Positions 27,368-36,472 of a stretch of 57,064 nt of DNA are shown here, one piece after another. Both the position numbers and the translations under genes were made by a program. Position 1 is the stretch's first letter, and every line of letters begins with the position of its first letter. The DNA lies in assembly GCA_001821395.1 (NCBI GenBank), contig MHLM01000010.1, positions 1-57,064 on the forward strand. Direction: 5' to 3'. The notes under the pieces were generated by a model. That model did not search any database. It saw nothing but the letters and a program-made list of their open reading frames with translations, and was not told the DNA's origin. The DNA is from Candidatus Lloydbacteria bacterium RIFCSPHIGHO2_02_FULL_50_18. GTDB taxonomy: Bacteria > Patescibacteriota > Minisyncoccia > Phycocordibacterales > UBA6899.

Positions 27368-30300
27368 TTAGAACGTCGGAACGACGAGGTATATCAGTCT
27401 TACCGAATAACTTCCCGCGGGCTGGGCGTTCCTCACATCAAGCCGATAGACCATATTCGCGACATCAGCGGTAACCGGTCCAGAATTGTACATGACCTCT
27501 TCGAGTGTTGTAGAGGCGAACGGAGCGTATGTATCATTCATCAGAAAACGCGTCGAGCCCGCTCCCAGCGTGTCATCCCCCGCATGATATCCGAAACATC
27601 CGGAGAGCGTCCCGGGACAGGCTGTCGCCCAATCGAGCGGAACCGCGTTCGTACTTTCCACGTCGGGAATATCTCCAACGGATGCAGTGAACCGGCCATC
27701 TGTGCCCAAAAATACCTGATACCCATTTTCCGCATTCGTCGTGACCGAAAGTTGCTGTGCGGCGGTCTTCCCCGTCCCCGGAGTAATGGTCATGAATGAG
27801 GTTTGTGTCGGCGTCGTTCCCACATCGGTCGTCACCCCCTCCGTCACCGTCGATGTCGCGAGCCCGGAAATACTGAACGAGAGCGTCGTGCCCTCTACGG
27901 AGAGCGACGGATAGCTCGCGAGCGCTGCGAGCGGGACCGGGCGATTGTGATTCACATCGTACGCGCGGAAGAAGTACGTAGTATTGAAATATGCACGACG
28001 CCCGATGATCGTGAATTCGTATTCCGTTGCGGTCGACGCCGGCGCATAAAATGTCGTCGTGTTCGTCGCCGACTCATTATGTGTACCATTCGCAGCGGAG
28101 TCGGAGAGTACGCGCGCGGTGATCGGATCATTATTGGTATCAACTCCGTTCCCATAGCACCACTGTGACATCGCCACACATGTCGAGGTCGACTCAACGT
28201 AATTCACATTCGTGGAAAAATCAGAGTAGGTTGAGAATTGCAGACGGAATTTCTGATTCGGGCCCATCGATGCATTGGTCTCGTTGATCGTGAGACGGAG
28301 TTTGATCGTGTTGCCGTTCGCGACATTTGACGGTGCGACGATCTCGCCCGCACCCGAAAGCGATACGGATGGATTCGCACTGGTCTCATCATCATACCAA
28401 TGCCATTTTTTCTCCTCGGGCATAAAACCGCGCGTCGTGATGACGGGGTAAAAATCGTAACTGAAAAGCGCACTACCGTCCGATTTTGTCATTCGGAAAC
28501 AGTACGGCGTATTCGTCGCGGCATTATTACTCTGAATATTCCAGTCATATTCAACATCATTTCCCACGATCACCGCAAATGGATTCACTGCCGTCGGATT
28601 GGATTCCTGATATGTTCCTGCGGAATCAGACACTGAGAGGAGCACGGTGCCCCCTGGTGGAGGATCTCCTCCTGCAAGCTGTGCCCCATCGGTAATAGTT
28701 GGTGCGTTGTATCCTCTCCAAAGTACACCCGAGGCAGGAGCGCCAAGATCGGTCCACGAAGCGACCGCTCCGCACGAGGTCACTTTTTGCGCGAACTGCA
28801 AATTGAATTGCGTCGATGACGCGGTCATCGTCGTGGTCGCGACCTTGAGTGACATGCGCAGGCGTATGCGGTCCCCATTTGCGGGAGGATTGTCCGCCGC
28901 GGTGATCTCCGCATTCTCACCAAGATTTCCCAGACCCGATGGCCACGCGACGGTCGGGGTGAGCGCACCATTGTCCTGATAGAGTCGGAAATAATTTTGC
29001 GTAAATGTCGGGACCAAAAGCTCTTGATTCGCGTCGTAGGTCACGACCACGATATTCGCGAATGATGCCAAGTTTGCCTGACTCTTCGACTCATTGATCT
29101 CGATAACGCGCTCATTCCATAAAATAGTATTACCGTTCGAGAACGTCGATGATGCGATCGGGGCGAAATAGGTTGAAACATACGCTTCATTCAATGTCGC
29201 GTTGGTATCGACAGACTCTTGCACCACAGTAGAAGAGCCATTCACGCCGATGGTAAGATTTCCGATAGCAATATTCGTTGCCTGTGAGTGCATGAACTTC
29301 GTCTCAAGATATGCGCTCCGGTATGTCTTTGTCACTGTCTCGGGAAGATCGATATATGCAGGTCGATTATTGTAATCATTCGCTATCGCATCGAGTCCTT
29401 GCTGAGCGGCCGAAAATGTCACCGTCTGCGTTTGCGGACCGCCAAATTTTCCGCTCCACGTGAACGTGAAATATACCTCGACCGCCATCGGGGCCGCGCC
29501 AGCCGTATACTGCTCGGCCCCTGCAATCGCAGTTGCGGCGGTAAAGAAATTTTCCGCCTTGTCGGACAGATCGAATATCAAATTGAAATCATCACCCGAA
29601 CGCGGATTCACACCACCGATAGTAATGGCGCGTGAAACTTCCGACGATGTCCCCACCTTGCCATAGATAGTGATATTCGCAGTCGAGGTTGCTGCCACAT
29701 GCGCCTTGAACCACACATTCTGCATTGAAAGCCCCGTGTTCGATATGGTCATCGTTGTCGTAGGAAATTCACTGCGTGCGTTCCCCGGAGTGGAGGTCGC
29801 GTCCTGATTCATAAAGTAGCGCACTGTTTCTGTTTGTGCTGCCGCACCAGTCGAGTAATTGTACGTCACCACGAGTTCACCACCCAAGGCGTTCATCGGG
29901 ATAGTCCCCATGAGGACATTAAATTTCATGGTTGCATTGCGCTGAAAATTAGGACTTCCCACCGTGGGACGCCAGATGGCTGTCTTTGTGTTGTCGTCGG
30001 TAAGTGCTTCTGTCCAATTGTATGCAGTTGATGTCGCATTCCCCCCACTCCCACCCTGAATACCGATCTGAAAAGTCGATGCAGCCGCAACAGTGTCAGT
30101 CTCTCCGTGTATCTCTACATACACATCAACAATGTCCGCATCAGCAACGGCATCGGGTGTCGTCGATGTTGCTAGGAAAGAACAAGTTGTCGCCGCCGCA
30201 CATGCGGTGCTTCGTGTTCCGCGATCACCTGCGACCATTGAGGATAGCGGGAATCGTACTGTCTTCGTTTCCGTGTGTGGAACGAGCGAAAAGTTTTCTT

Positions 30301-32701
30301 CATACGTCACAACGAGCCTCACCGTCGTTAAGGAATGTGATGGACCGGTCACCGAGATTGAGGTCACAATGGGTATTCCCGCATTAAAACTCGCATCTCC
30401 CTGCCGATCAAAAAATGCAGTGACATCATACTGGTGACGCTGATACCCCGAGAGCCCGCTTTGTGCCCACAGTGATGCACCAAGCAACTCGGAAATGCGT
30501 GCGTTCGTTCCTCCGGAAGAAGAACCTCCAACGTCAATAAAGACATTTTCATTCGTCACGTTTGCGGCGGTATTGATGACATATGACACATCGAGGTATG
30601 CATTCTTCACTGCGATGCCAGAACCCTGAATCTTCATCAATCGAGTTCCCGCTGTTGCCTTCACGGTATTCCATGTTGCCCCACCATAAACTACTGTTGC
30701 CGTCGTACGCGATGTCGTGTCCGTACCGCCACCCAATACAAATTCAACGGTGCGCAGATGTTTCACTGGCGGAGTATCTTGTGTTAAAGAAAAATCCGCA
30801 TCGTAGGTCACCACGACCATATTCGCGAACGAGGTAAGATTTGCCACATTTTTTCCTTCGCTGATCTCAATGGTGCGCTCGGTCCAAAGGATCGTATTTC
30901 CGTCAGAAAATGTCGATGATGCGATCGGAGCGAAATAGGTCGAGGCATATGCCTCACTTGTTGTATCCGCAGATTCAGTTACTACAGTCGATGAACCGTT
31001 CACACCGATAGTCACCGTACCGACAGTTATACTTGTGCCCTGTGAATGCATATACTTCGTCTCAAGATAGGCACTGCGGTACGTCTTCGTCACCGTCTCA
31101 GGGAGATATAAATAGGCGGGGCGATTATTAAAATCTCCGGTAATCGCATTAACACCTTGCTGGGCTCCGGAAAATGATACGGTTTGCGTCTGTGGTCCGC
31201 CCGCACTTCCTGCCCACGTAAAAGTAAAATACGCCTCGACGCCGGGTGGCGCACCACCGGCAGAGAACTGTGTCGCACCGGTGACATCCGTTGCAGCCGT
31301 AAAGAAATTTCCCGCCACGTCGGACATGTCAAAGATCAAATTATGGTCGTCTCCTGAACGCGGATTCGCAGCCGTAATGGCTATTCCACGAGTGACCTCA
31401 GTTGATGTGCCCACCTTGCCGAACGTCGTAAACGTATTTGCAGCAACAGGTGCGGTGTGTATCTTAAACCAAATGTTTTGCATTGAGAGTCCCCCATTCG
31501 ATACAACCATCGACGTTGTAGCAAAATTATTGCGCGTCGTACCAGGAGCCGCAGTTTCTTGGTCCATAAAGTAACGCACTGTTTCCGTTTGTACTGCAGC
31601 ACCCGTTGAATAGTTGTAGGTGATGACGAGCTCACCACCAAGCGCATTCATTGGAATAGTTCCCGTGAGCACATTAAACTTCATTGTTATATTACTCTGA
31701 AAGTTGGTAGCCCCAACGGTGGGACGCCAAATAGCGGTCTTCGTATTATCGTCAATGAGTGTTTCTGTCCACGCATATGCCGTAGAGGATGCGTTGCCGC
31801 CAGTACCGCCCTGGATACCTATCTGAAATGTCGAAGCAGATGCTACGGCATTGTCCGTTTCCCCGTGTATCTCAACATATACATCAATGATATTTCCATC
31901 GCTCCCATCGGGTATCGTCGATGTCGCAAGAAAAGAACATGTTGAAGCGGCGGCACATGCAGTACTGCGTGTACCGCGGTCACCTGCAACCATTGAAGAA
32001 AGCGGAAATCGCACCGTCTTCGTTTCCGTATGTGGCGTGAGTGAATAATTTTCTTCGTACGTAATGACAAGCTTCACAGTAGTAAGTGCGCGAGTAGGTC
32101 CGGTGATCTGAGTGCCTATAACGACTGGGATCCCTGCATTAAAACTTGCATCACCCTGTCGATCAAAAAATGCAGTGACGTCGTACTGATGCCGCTGATA
32201 GCCGGAAAGGCCACTGTTCGCCCAAAGGCTCGCACCGATATATTCAGAGACGCGTGCGTCGGTTCCACCCGACGAAGAACCGCCGACATCGATATAGACA
32301 TTTTCATTCGTAAGATTGACCGCAGTATTTAAAATATAAGAGACATCAACATATGCATTCTTCACCTCAATACCCGACCCCTGGAGGGCGATCAACCGAG
32401 TTCCTGCCGTTGCCTTAACGGTGTTCCAAGTAGTACCCCCATAGGTTAAAAGGTTGCTTGCGCGCGATGTCGTATCTGTCCCGCCTCCCAAGACAAATTC
32501 GACGGTTCGTAGATGCTTCCCCGTATACGCGGCCTCTGCCCCCCGCGGTGCGAACGGCGTCATGAACCCCAAATAAAAATCGAGTCCGCCAAAACTATAG
32601 AAAATGGTAAGAAGGGTCAAAAAAAATATTCCCGATGTGCGAAAAATGCGACGCGCAGAACGCCGACAGATGCGTTTCACGTTTGCGAAGGGGTTTATCA
32701 T
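27368..32701 (-). CDS. Giant (1777 aa) secreted/anchored protein with two ~586-aa tandem repeat units followed by a unique ~545-aa C-terminal region
   Basis: ATG at 32701 overlaps the upstream stop (ATGA). Hydrophobic N-terminus. Repeat units begin KHLRTVEFVLGGGTDTTSR... and are ~85% identical. Confidence 0.7.
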   Translation of the reverse strand: MINPFANVKRICRRSARRIFRTSGIFFLTLLTIFYSFGGLDFYLGFMTPFAPRGAEAAYTGKHLRTVEFVLGGGTDTTSRASNLLTYGGTTWNTVKATAGTRLIALQGSGIEVKNAYVDVSYILNTAVNLTNENVYIDVGGSSSGGTDARVSEYIGASLWANSGLSGYQRHQYDVTAFFDRQGDASFNAGIPVVIGTQITGPTRALTTVKLVITYEENYSLTPHTETKTVRFPLSSMVAGDRGTRSTACAAASTCSFLATSTIPDGSDGNIIDVYVEIHGETDNAVASASTFQIGIQGGTGGNASSTAYAWTETLIDDNTKTAIWRPTVGATNFQSNITMKFNVLTGTIPMNALGGELVITYNYSTGAAVQTETVRYFMDQETAAPGTTRNNFATTSMVVSNGGLSMQNIWFKIHTAPVAANTFTTFGKVGTSTEVTRGIAITAANPRSGDDHNLIFDMSDVAGNFFTAATDVTGATQFSAGGAPPGVEAYFTFTWAGSAGGPQTQTVSFSGAQQGVNAITGDFNNRPAYLYLPETVTKTYRSAYLETKYMHSQGTSITVGTVTIGVNGSSTVVTESADTTSEAYASTYFAPIASSTFSDGNTILWTERTIEISEGKNVANLTSFANMVVVTYDADFSLTQDTPPVKHLRTVEFVLGGGTDTTSRTTATVVYGGATWNTVKATAGTRLMKIQGSGIAVKNAYLDVSYVINTAANVTNENVFIDVGGSSSGGTNARISELLGASLWAQSGLSGYQRHQYDVTAFFDRQGDASFNAGIPIVTSISVTGPSHSLTTVRLVVTYEENFSLVPHTETKTVRFPLSSMVAGDRGTRSTACAAATTCSFLATSTTPDAVADADIVDVYVEIHGETDTVAAASTFQIGIQGGSGGNATSTAYNWTEALTDDNTKTAIWRPTVGSPNFQRNATMKFNVLMGTIPMNALGGELVVTYNYSTGAAAQTETVRYFMNQDATSTPGNARSEFPTTTMTISNTGLSMQNVWFKAHVAATSTANITIYGKVGTSSEVSRAITIGGVNPRSGDDFNLIFDLSDKAENFFTAATAIAGAEQYTAGAAPMAVEVYFTFTWSGKFGGPQTQTVTFSAAQQGLDAIANDYNNRPAYIDLPETVTKTYRSAYLETKFMHSQATNIAIGNLTIGVNGSSTVVQESVDTNATLNEAYVSTYFAPIASSTFSNGNTILWNERVIEINESKSQANLASFANIVVVTYDANQELLVPTFTQNYFRLYQDNGALTPTVAWPSGLGNLGENAEITAADNPPANGDRIRLRMSLKVATTTMTASSTQFNLQFAQKVTSCGAVASWTDLGAPASGVLWRGYNAPTITDGAQLAGGDPPPGGTVLLSVSDSAGTYQESNPTAVNPFAVIVGNDVEYDWNIQSNNAATNTPYCFRMTKSDGSALFSYDFYPVITTRGFMPEEKKWHWYDDETSANPSVSLSGAGEIVAPSNVANGNTIKLRLTINETNASMGPNQKFRLQFSTYSDFSTNVNYVESTSTCVAMSQWCYGNGVDTNNDPITARVLSDSAANGTHNESATNTTTFYAPASTATEYEFTIIGRRAYFNTTYFFRAYDVNHNRPVPLAALASYPSLSVEGTTLSFSISGLATSTVTEGVTTDVGTTPTQTSFMTITPGTGKTAAQQLSVTTNAENGYQVFLGTDGRFTASVGDIPDVESTNAVPLDWATACPGTLSGCFGYHAGDDTLGAGSTRFLMNDTYAPFASTTLEEVMYNSGPVTADVANMVYRLDVRNAQPAGSYSVRLIYLVVPTF
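29002..32518. repeat. Intragenic tandem duplication, 2 x ~1758 bp, inside 27368..32701
   Basis: ORF-track artefacts 30093..30437 and 31851..32048 encode near-identical peptides exactly 1758 bp apart. Confidence 0.7.
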
Positions 32702-34365
32702 ATCGTCGTGTCGGTACTTGTTCCGTTATTGTCATCACCGGCACCCGTGCCACGCATTGCCGTACTTGTGCCTGTCGTCGAGGCAGTTCCCGGGAGCGCC
32801 AGTGGCTCGGGTGCGGGATGCGGTGTCTGAGGCACGTAGGGCTTGTTGTCATCGATGACATTGCGTGCGGCCTCTGTCATGTCGACCTTCCCGCCGGTTG
32901 CAATGTCGTACCCCACCATACGCGTCTCTCCGTTCGCTCCGCGCTCATCCCATGTAACCGCAAAGCGCGGATTCTCACTCTTTGCTCCGTCATCCGAAAG
33001 CTTCGTCGTCTTCCCCGAGGTCACCGAGTATGCGTAGACACTCCAAACCCCTCCCTCGAACGATTGCCAGGTGACGAGTCCTCCCGAGATCGCGGGAAAC
33101 ATATCGTGCACAGAATTCTGCGTGATACGCACGACGTGCCACGTGCCGTCAATACCGAGCATCGTATTTAATTTCGGCATCTTATCCGCAGCATAATAGG
33201 AAGTTGACGATAATTTATCCGCGAGAAAAATTTCCCAATTTCCGTCCGCCCACCCCTGCCAAACGACACTCTCGCCGTCTACGCGAGGATTGAAATTACT
33301 CTCGGTGCCATGTGTGAGTTGCAAGATCGTCGGCGAGCTCGAAGACACACCTGCCTGCGCAGACAGGTCTGCAAAATAGATTTGCCAACGACCTGCCTCC
33401 TGTGTCTGCCACACAACATGTGTACCTCCAACATCCTTCGCGGGGAATGCGTCCTCGACCTCATTGTCGGTCAGTCGTATTGTCTCGGTGCCGCGCTCCG
33501 CAATGATCTCTTTGTCGGTACCACCAACGACAACATCCGTATGCACGGCAGTGATGGCCTGCGATGGTGTTCCGGAAGCGACCGCGCGCGCGTCGTCTTT
33601 CAAACAATAATACCCTACCCCATCAAGTGTGAGGCAGCCCTTCAGCACATCAGCTTCAATCTCTTTTTTCAATTCCTGGCGCATCGTGATCGAGCGACTC
33701 TCCAGCTCGCGTGCAATGATTTCTTCTTTTGTGAGTTCTGGTGCGACAACTTCTTCCGGCTGTACTTCTTCGGTTGGTGCGACCTCCTCAATAGTAGCGA
33801 CTTCCTCAGTAGTAGGAGTCGCGATCTCTTCGGTTATTGTAGGTGAAACTTCTACGCTCGCAGGTGTTTCGATCACTTCCGGCGTACTACTTGCCACAGT
33901 GGAATCACCAAATACCTCACCGGCGGCGGGCACATCTTCGGGTATCACTTCGCTCGTCGTTGCAGTGCTCGGAGTCTCAGTCTCAGCCGGTACCACTTCG
34001 GCAGGGATCTCCGTCACTGGCGGCAATTCCGTGGGAATCTCAGTCGTCACAGTATCTACCGGTGCATCAGTCGTAGACACCGGAAGTGATTCTTCAGGTG
34101 TCACCGCTTCTTCTGGTGTGACCTCGGGAGCCGGAGTCGTCTCAACGGGAAGTGATACCTCTGCTACGGGGGCAACTTCAACGGGAACTAATACTTCTGC
34201 TACGGGGGCAATCTCAACAGGAGCGGGTGCGACACTCTCATCGGCGGCATACAGAGGAAGCAGCGGGCGAAAGATCAGCACAGGGACGATCAGGATCACG
34301 GCGAATTTCGAGAAAAAACCCGCAACGTCGTTAACAGTAAAGGAAGATCGAGTAGACGTATGCAT
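32698..34365 (-). CDS. Membrane-anchored protein with a Pro/Glu/Val-rich low-complexity stalk and a beta-propeller-like repeat domain (PD40/TolB-like W-x-I-Y/F repeats)
   Basis: The ATG at 34365 is preceded by a strong SD AAGAGGAGGG. The ORF-track start at 34539 adds an Arg-rich 58-aa extension. Repeats VVWQTQEAGRWQIYFADL, VVWQGWADGNWEIFLADK and VTWQSFEGGVWSVYAYSV are present. Confidence 0.6.
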   Translation of the reverse strand: MHTSTRSSFTVNDVAGFFSKFAVILIVPVLIFRPLLPLYAADESVAPAPVEIAPVAEVLVPVEVAPVAEVSLPVETTPAPEVTPEEAVTPEESLPVSTTDAPVDTVTTEIPTELPPVTEIPAEVVPAETETPSTATTSEVIPEDVPAAGEVFGDSTVASSTPEVIETPASVEVSPTITEEIATPTTEEVATIEEVAPTEEVQPEEVVAPELTKEEIIARELESRSITMRQELKKEIEADVLKGCLTLDGVGYYCLKDDARAVASGTPSQAITAVHTDVVVGGTDKEIIAERGTETIRLTDNEVEDAFPAKDVGGTHVVWQTQEAGRWQIYFADLSAQAGVSSSSPTILQLTHGTESNFNPRVDGESVVWQGWADGNWEIFLADKLSSTSYYAADKMPKLNTMLGIDGTWHVVRITQNSVHDMFPAISGGLVTWQSFEGGVWSVYAYSVTSGKTTKLSDDGAKSENPRFAVTWDERGANGETRMVGYDIATGGKVDMTEAARNVIDDNKPYVPQTPHPAPEPLALPGTASTTGTSTAMRGTGAGDDNNGTSTDTTI

Positions 34366-34535
34366 TTGCCTACCCTCCTCTTGAAGTGCACGAGGGGAAG
34401 GGGTAATACATCTTACTGTAGTACCGCGTGAAGGAGTGCCCCCACGAGGAGAAAGTGCTGTCGCAACGAATACCGGATGCGACGCACCCGCACGCTGCCC
34501 TAATCGCACGACATGATCATTGTTGCTCTTGCTGG

Positions 34536-35030
34536 TCATATGCGCAGTGCTGAGAACAATAATTCACGCTCAGGCAGTTGAGCGGTCACTGGGATCGCTT
34601 GCCCGTTCGTCAAGCTGATCGTCGGCGTATTTTCGATAAGGCGTGCTTTTGCGCGCTCCTGCATACGGTGGTCGAGAGCGACCGAAAGAAAATAAAATAG
34701 TACCAGGAGGGCAATCGAAAGTATCACCAAGATGACGTAGAGCATGTAAGAAAGCACGCGGCTTCCGTCGCGATCGAGCAGCGTCTGCATCAGGCGCTCC
34801 TGTGTCCACGCCGCTTTCTCCTTTTCTCCTTTTCCTGTGCGTTTCTCTTTAGCGAGATATTCTTCCATCGCCTCCGGAGTCGTCATCCATGCGACGTTTG
34901 CGTAGACCTGCTTCCCCTCAAGCTTTCCCTTCCGAATGAGTTGCCCAATATAATCGGGAGAGTAGCCAAAACGCTCACTCGCCTCTTTGAGTGTGATGAA
35001 TCCGGCTTTCTTTTGCTCTTGCGAGGTCAT
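34536..35030 (-). CDS. Membrane-anchored helix-turn-helix protein (excisionase/MerR-like HTH at the N-terminus, single TM), first gene of the surface-protein operon
   Basis: ITLKEASERFGYSPDYIGQLIRKGKLEGKQV looks like an HTH; TM segment VLSYMLYVILVILSIALLVLFYFLSVAL. Confidence 0.5.
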   Translation of the reverse strand: MTSQEQKKAGFITLKEASERFGYSPDYIGQLIRKGKLEGKQVYANVAWMTTPEAMEEYLAKEKRTGKGEKEKAAWTQERLMQTLLDRDGSRVLSYMLYVILVILSIALLVLFYFLSVALDHRMQERAKARLIENTPTISLTNGQAIPVTAQLPERELLFSALRI

Positions 35031-35295
35031 TCGAGGTGCTCGAGGGTCGAGATTTCAGAAGATATCGACGGTCGATATATATATTCTACATTGTAAAATA
35101 AGGAAATAATAAAAGTTATCCCCAAACAAGAATCTTGCAGGTATGTCAAAGATATTTTAATTGATATTAATGAAATATCAGCGAAGCCGCTATTTTGCAC
35201 AGTCAAAATACCTATATAAATTCACGAATCTCCGGAAGCAATAAAAGACGCTTACGATGATGATAATGGTGTACAAAAAAGTTGCATAATACAAA

Positions 35296-35907
35296 ATGTT
35301 GTGGTATACTGTAAGAATGGTACATATTCCAATAGCTATCGAGAAGGAGAAGATCTCGGTGTTCTCGCGAATGTACGTCGGATCGATACTCGGAACATTT
35401 CTTGTGGGAATGCTGCTCGGAGTTTTTGCGACTGGCAATTTCAATGTTGGCCTCCCAATAAATACGTCTCGGCAACTCGCCGGTGTCGGAGAAGCACTTT
35501 CCGAAGACGGTGCTCTCACCGTATTGCAGAACGAAACTCCTATTGTGATGAGCGCAGCAGAAGACGCTACCGTCGACGAGACACTAGGCCTGGATGGCAT
35601 CGCTCTGCCTGCGACCCTACTCCCCTCACCCGAGGAGGTACGCACATCATTGAATACGATGATCAATGAGCGGACCGTAGCGGCAGACCGCCTTGGAGAG
35701 GAGATGCTTCGCATAAAAAATGAATCGATAGCATTGATCGAAGGGTTCGATCAGAATTGTGCTAATTGGAATGACGCATGTGCAGCTCCATACAAAGAAG
35801 CGCTTGATAAGAACAATGCAGGGTATGAGCGCCTCGTACAAACGCTTGCCACATGGAATCAGGAGATAAGTGACGCCCGAGCTACGCTCGCGCTCACGAC
35901 AGAATAA
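35296..35907 (+). CDS. Hypothetical membrane-anchored protein. The true start may be downstream (ATG at 35317 or 35371), because a TTGCAT-N17-TATACT promoter overlaps the ORF-track start.
   Basis: ORF with one TM helix (MYVGSILGTFLVGMLLGVFA). No family recognised. Confidence 0.4.
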   Translation: MLWYTVRMVHIPIAIEKEKISVFSRMYVGSILGTFLVGMLLGVFATGNFNVGLPINTSRQLAGVGEALSEDGALTVLQNETPIVMSAAEDATVDETLGLDGIALPATLLPSPEEVRTSLNTMINERTVAADRLGEEMLRIKNESIALIEGFDQNCANWNDACAAPYKEALDKNNAGYERLVQTLATWNQEISDARATLALTTE

Positions 35908-35924
35908 ATGTATTGCTCGCACAA

Positions 35925-35955
35925 AAAACCCCGCACTTACGTGCGGGGTTTTTTG
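35925..35955. terminator. Bidirectional rho-independent terminator between the convergent genes 35296..35907 and 35973..36281
   Basis: aaaaaa ccccgcac ttac gtgcgggg ttttttg. Confidence 0.7.
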
Positions 35956-35972
35956 TATGTTGGATCGCAATA

Positions 35973-36281
35973 TTAATTGCGTTCGCGCCACTCGCGGCGC
36001 TGTCCACCTTGAGCACCACCCGCTGGGCGGTCCTCCTTTGGGCGGGCAATGTTCACTGTGAGCGTACGCCCACCGAACTCTTTGCCGTGCCACATATCAA
36101 TAGCGGCATTTGCCTCAGCCTCCGACGCCATCTCGACGAAGCCGAATCCGCGTGAGCGGCCGGTCATTCGATCGGTGACGATCGACGACGAAACCACGGT
36201 GCCTGCTGATGCAAATGCATCACCGAGCTCCTGATCTGTCGTTGAATAAGGTAATCCACCAATGTATAGCTTTTGAGCCAT
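35973..36281 (-). CDS. RRM-type RNA-binding protein (glycine/arginine-rich tail)
   Basis: RNP-2 LYIGGL and RNP-1 RGFGFVEM motifs. Confidence 0.85.
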   Translation of the reverse strand: MAQKLYIGGLPYSTTDQELGDAFASAGTVVSSSIVTDRMTGRSRGFGFVEMASEAEANAAIDMWHGKEFGGRTLTVNIARPKEDRPAGGAQGGQRREWRERN

Positions 36282-36472
36282 TTTGTGTCAGAACTAGTTG
36301 CATAAAACTTCGCGTACGACCTTCTCGACTCGCACGCGACAAACGCAGCAGCATCCGAGAAACACACGAATACAAATATTGTACACACTAATATTAAAAG
36401 CGCAAGCCTATTTTCGGCTAACATTCCGGCATCAACACGGGGTGCCCATTTGGCCCTTTTGCTCAGTAGATA

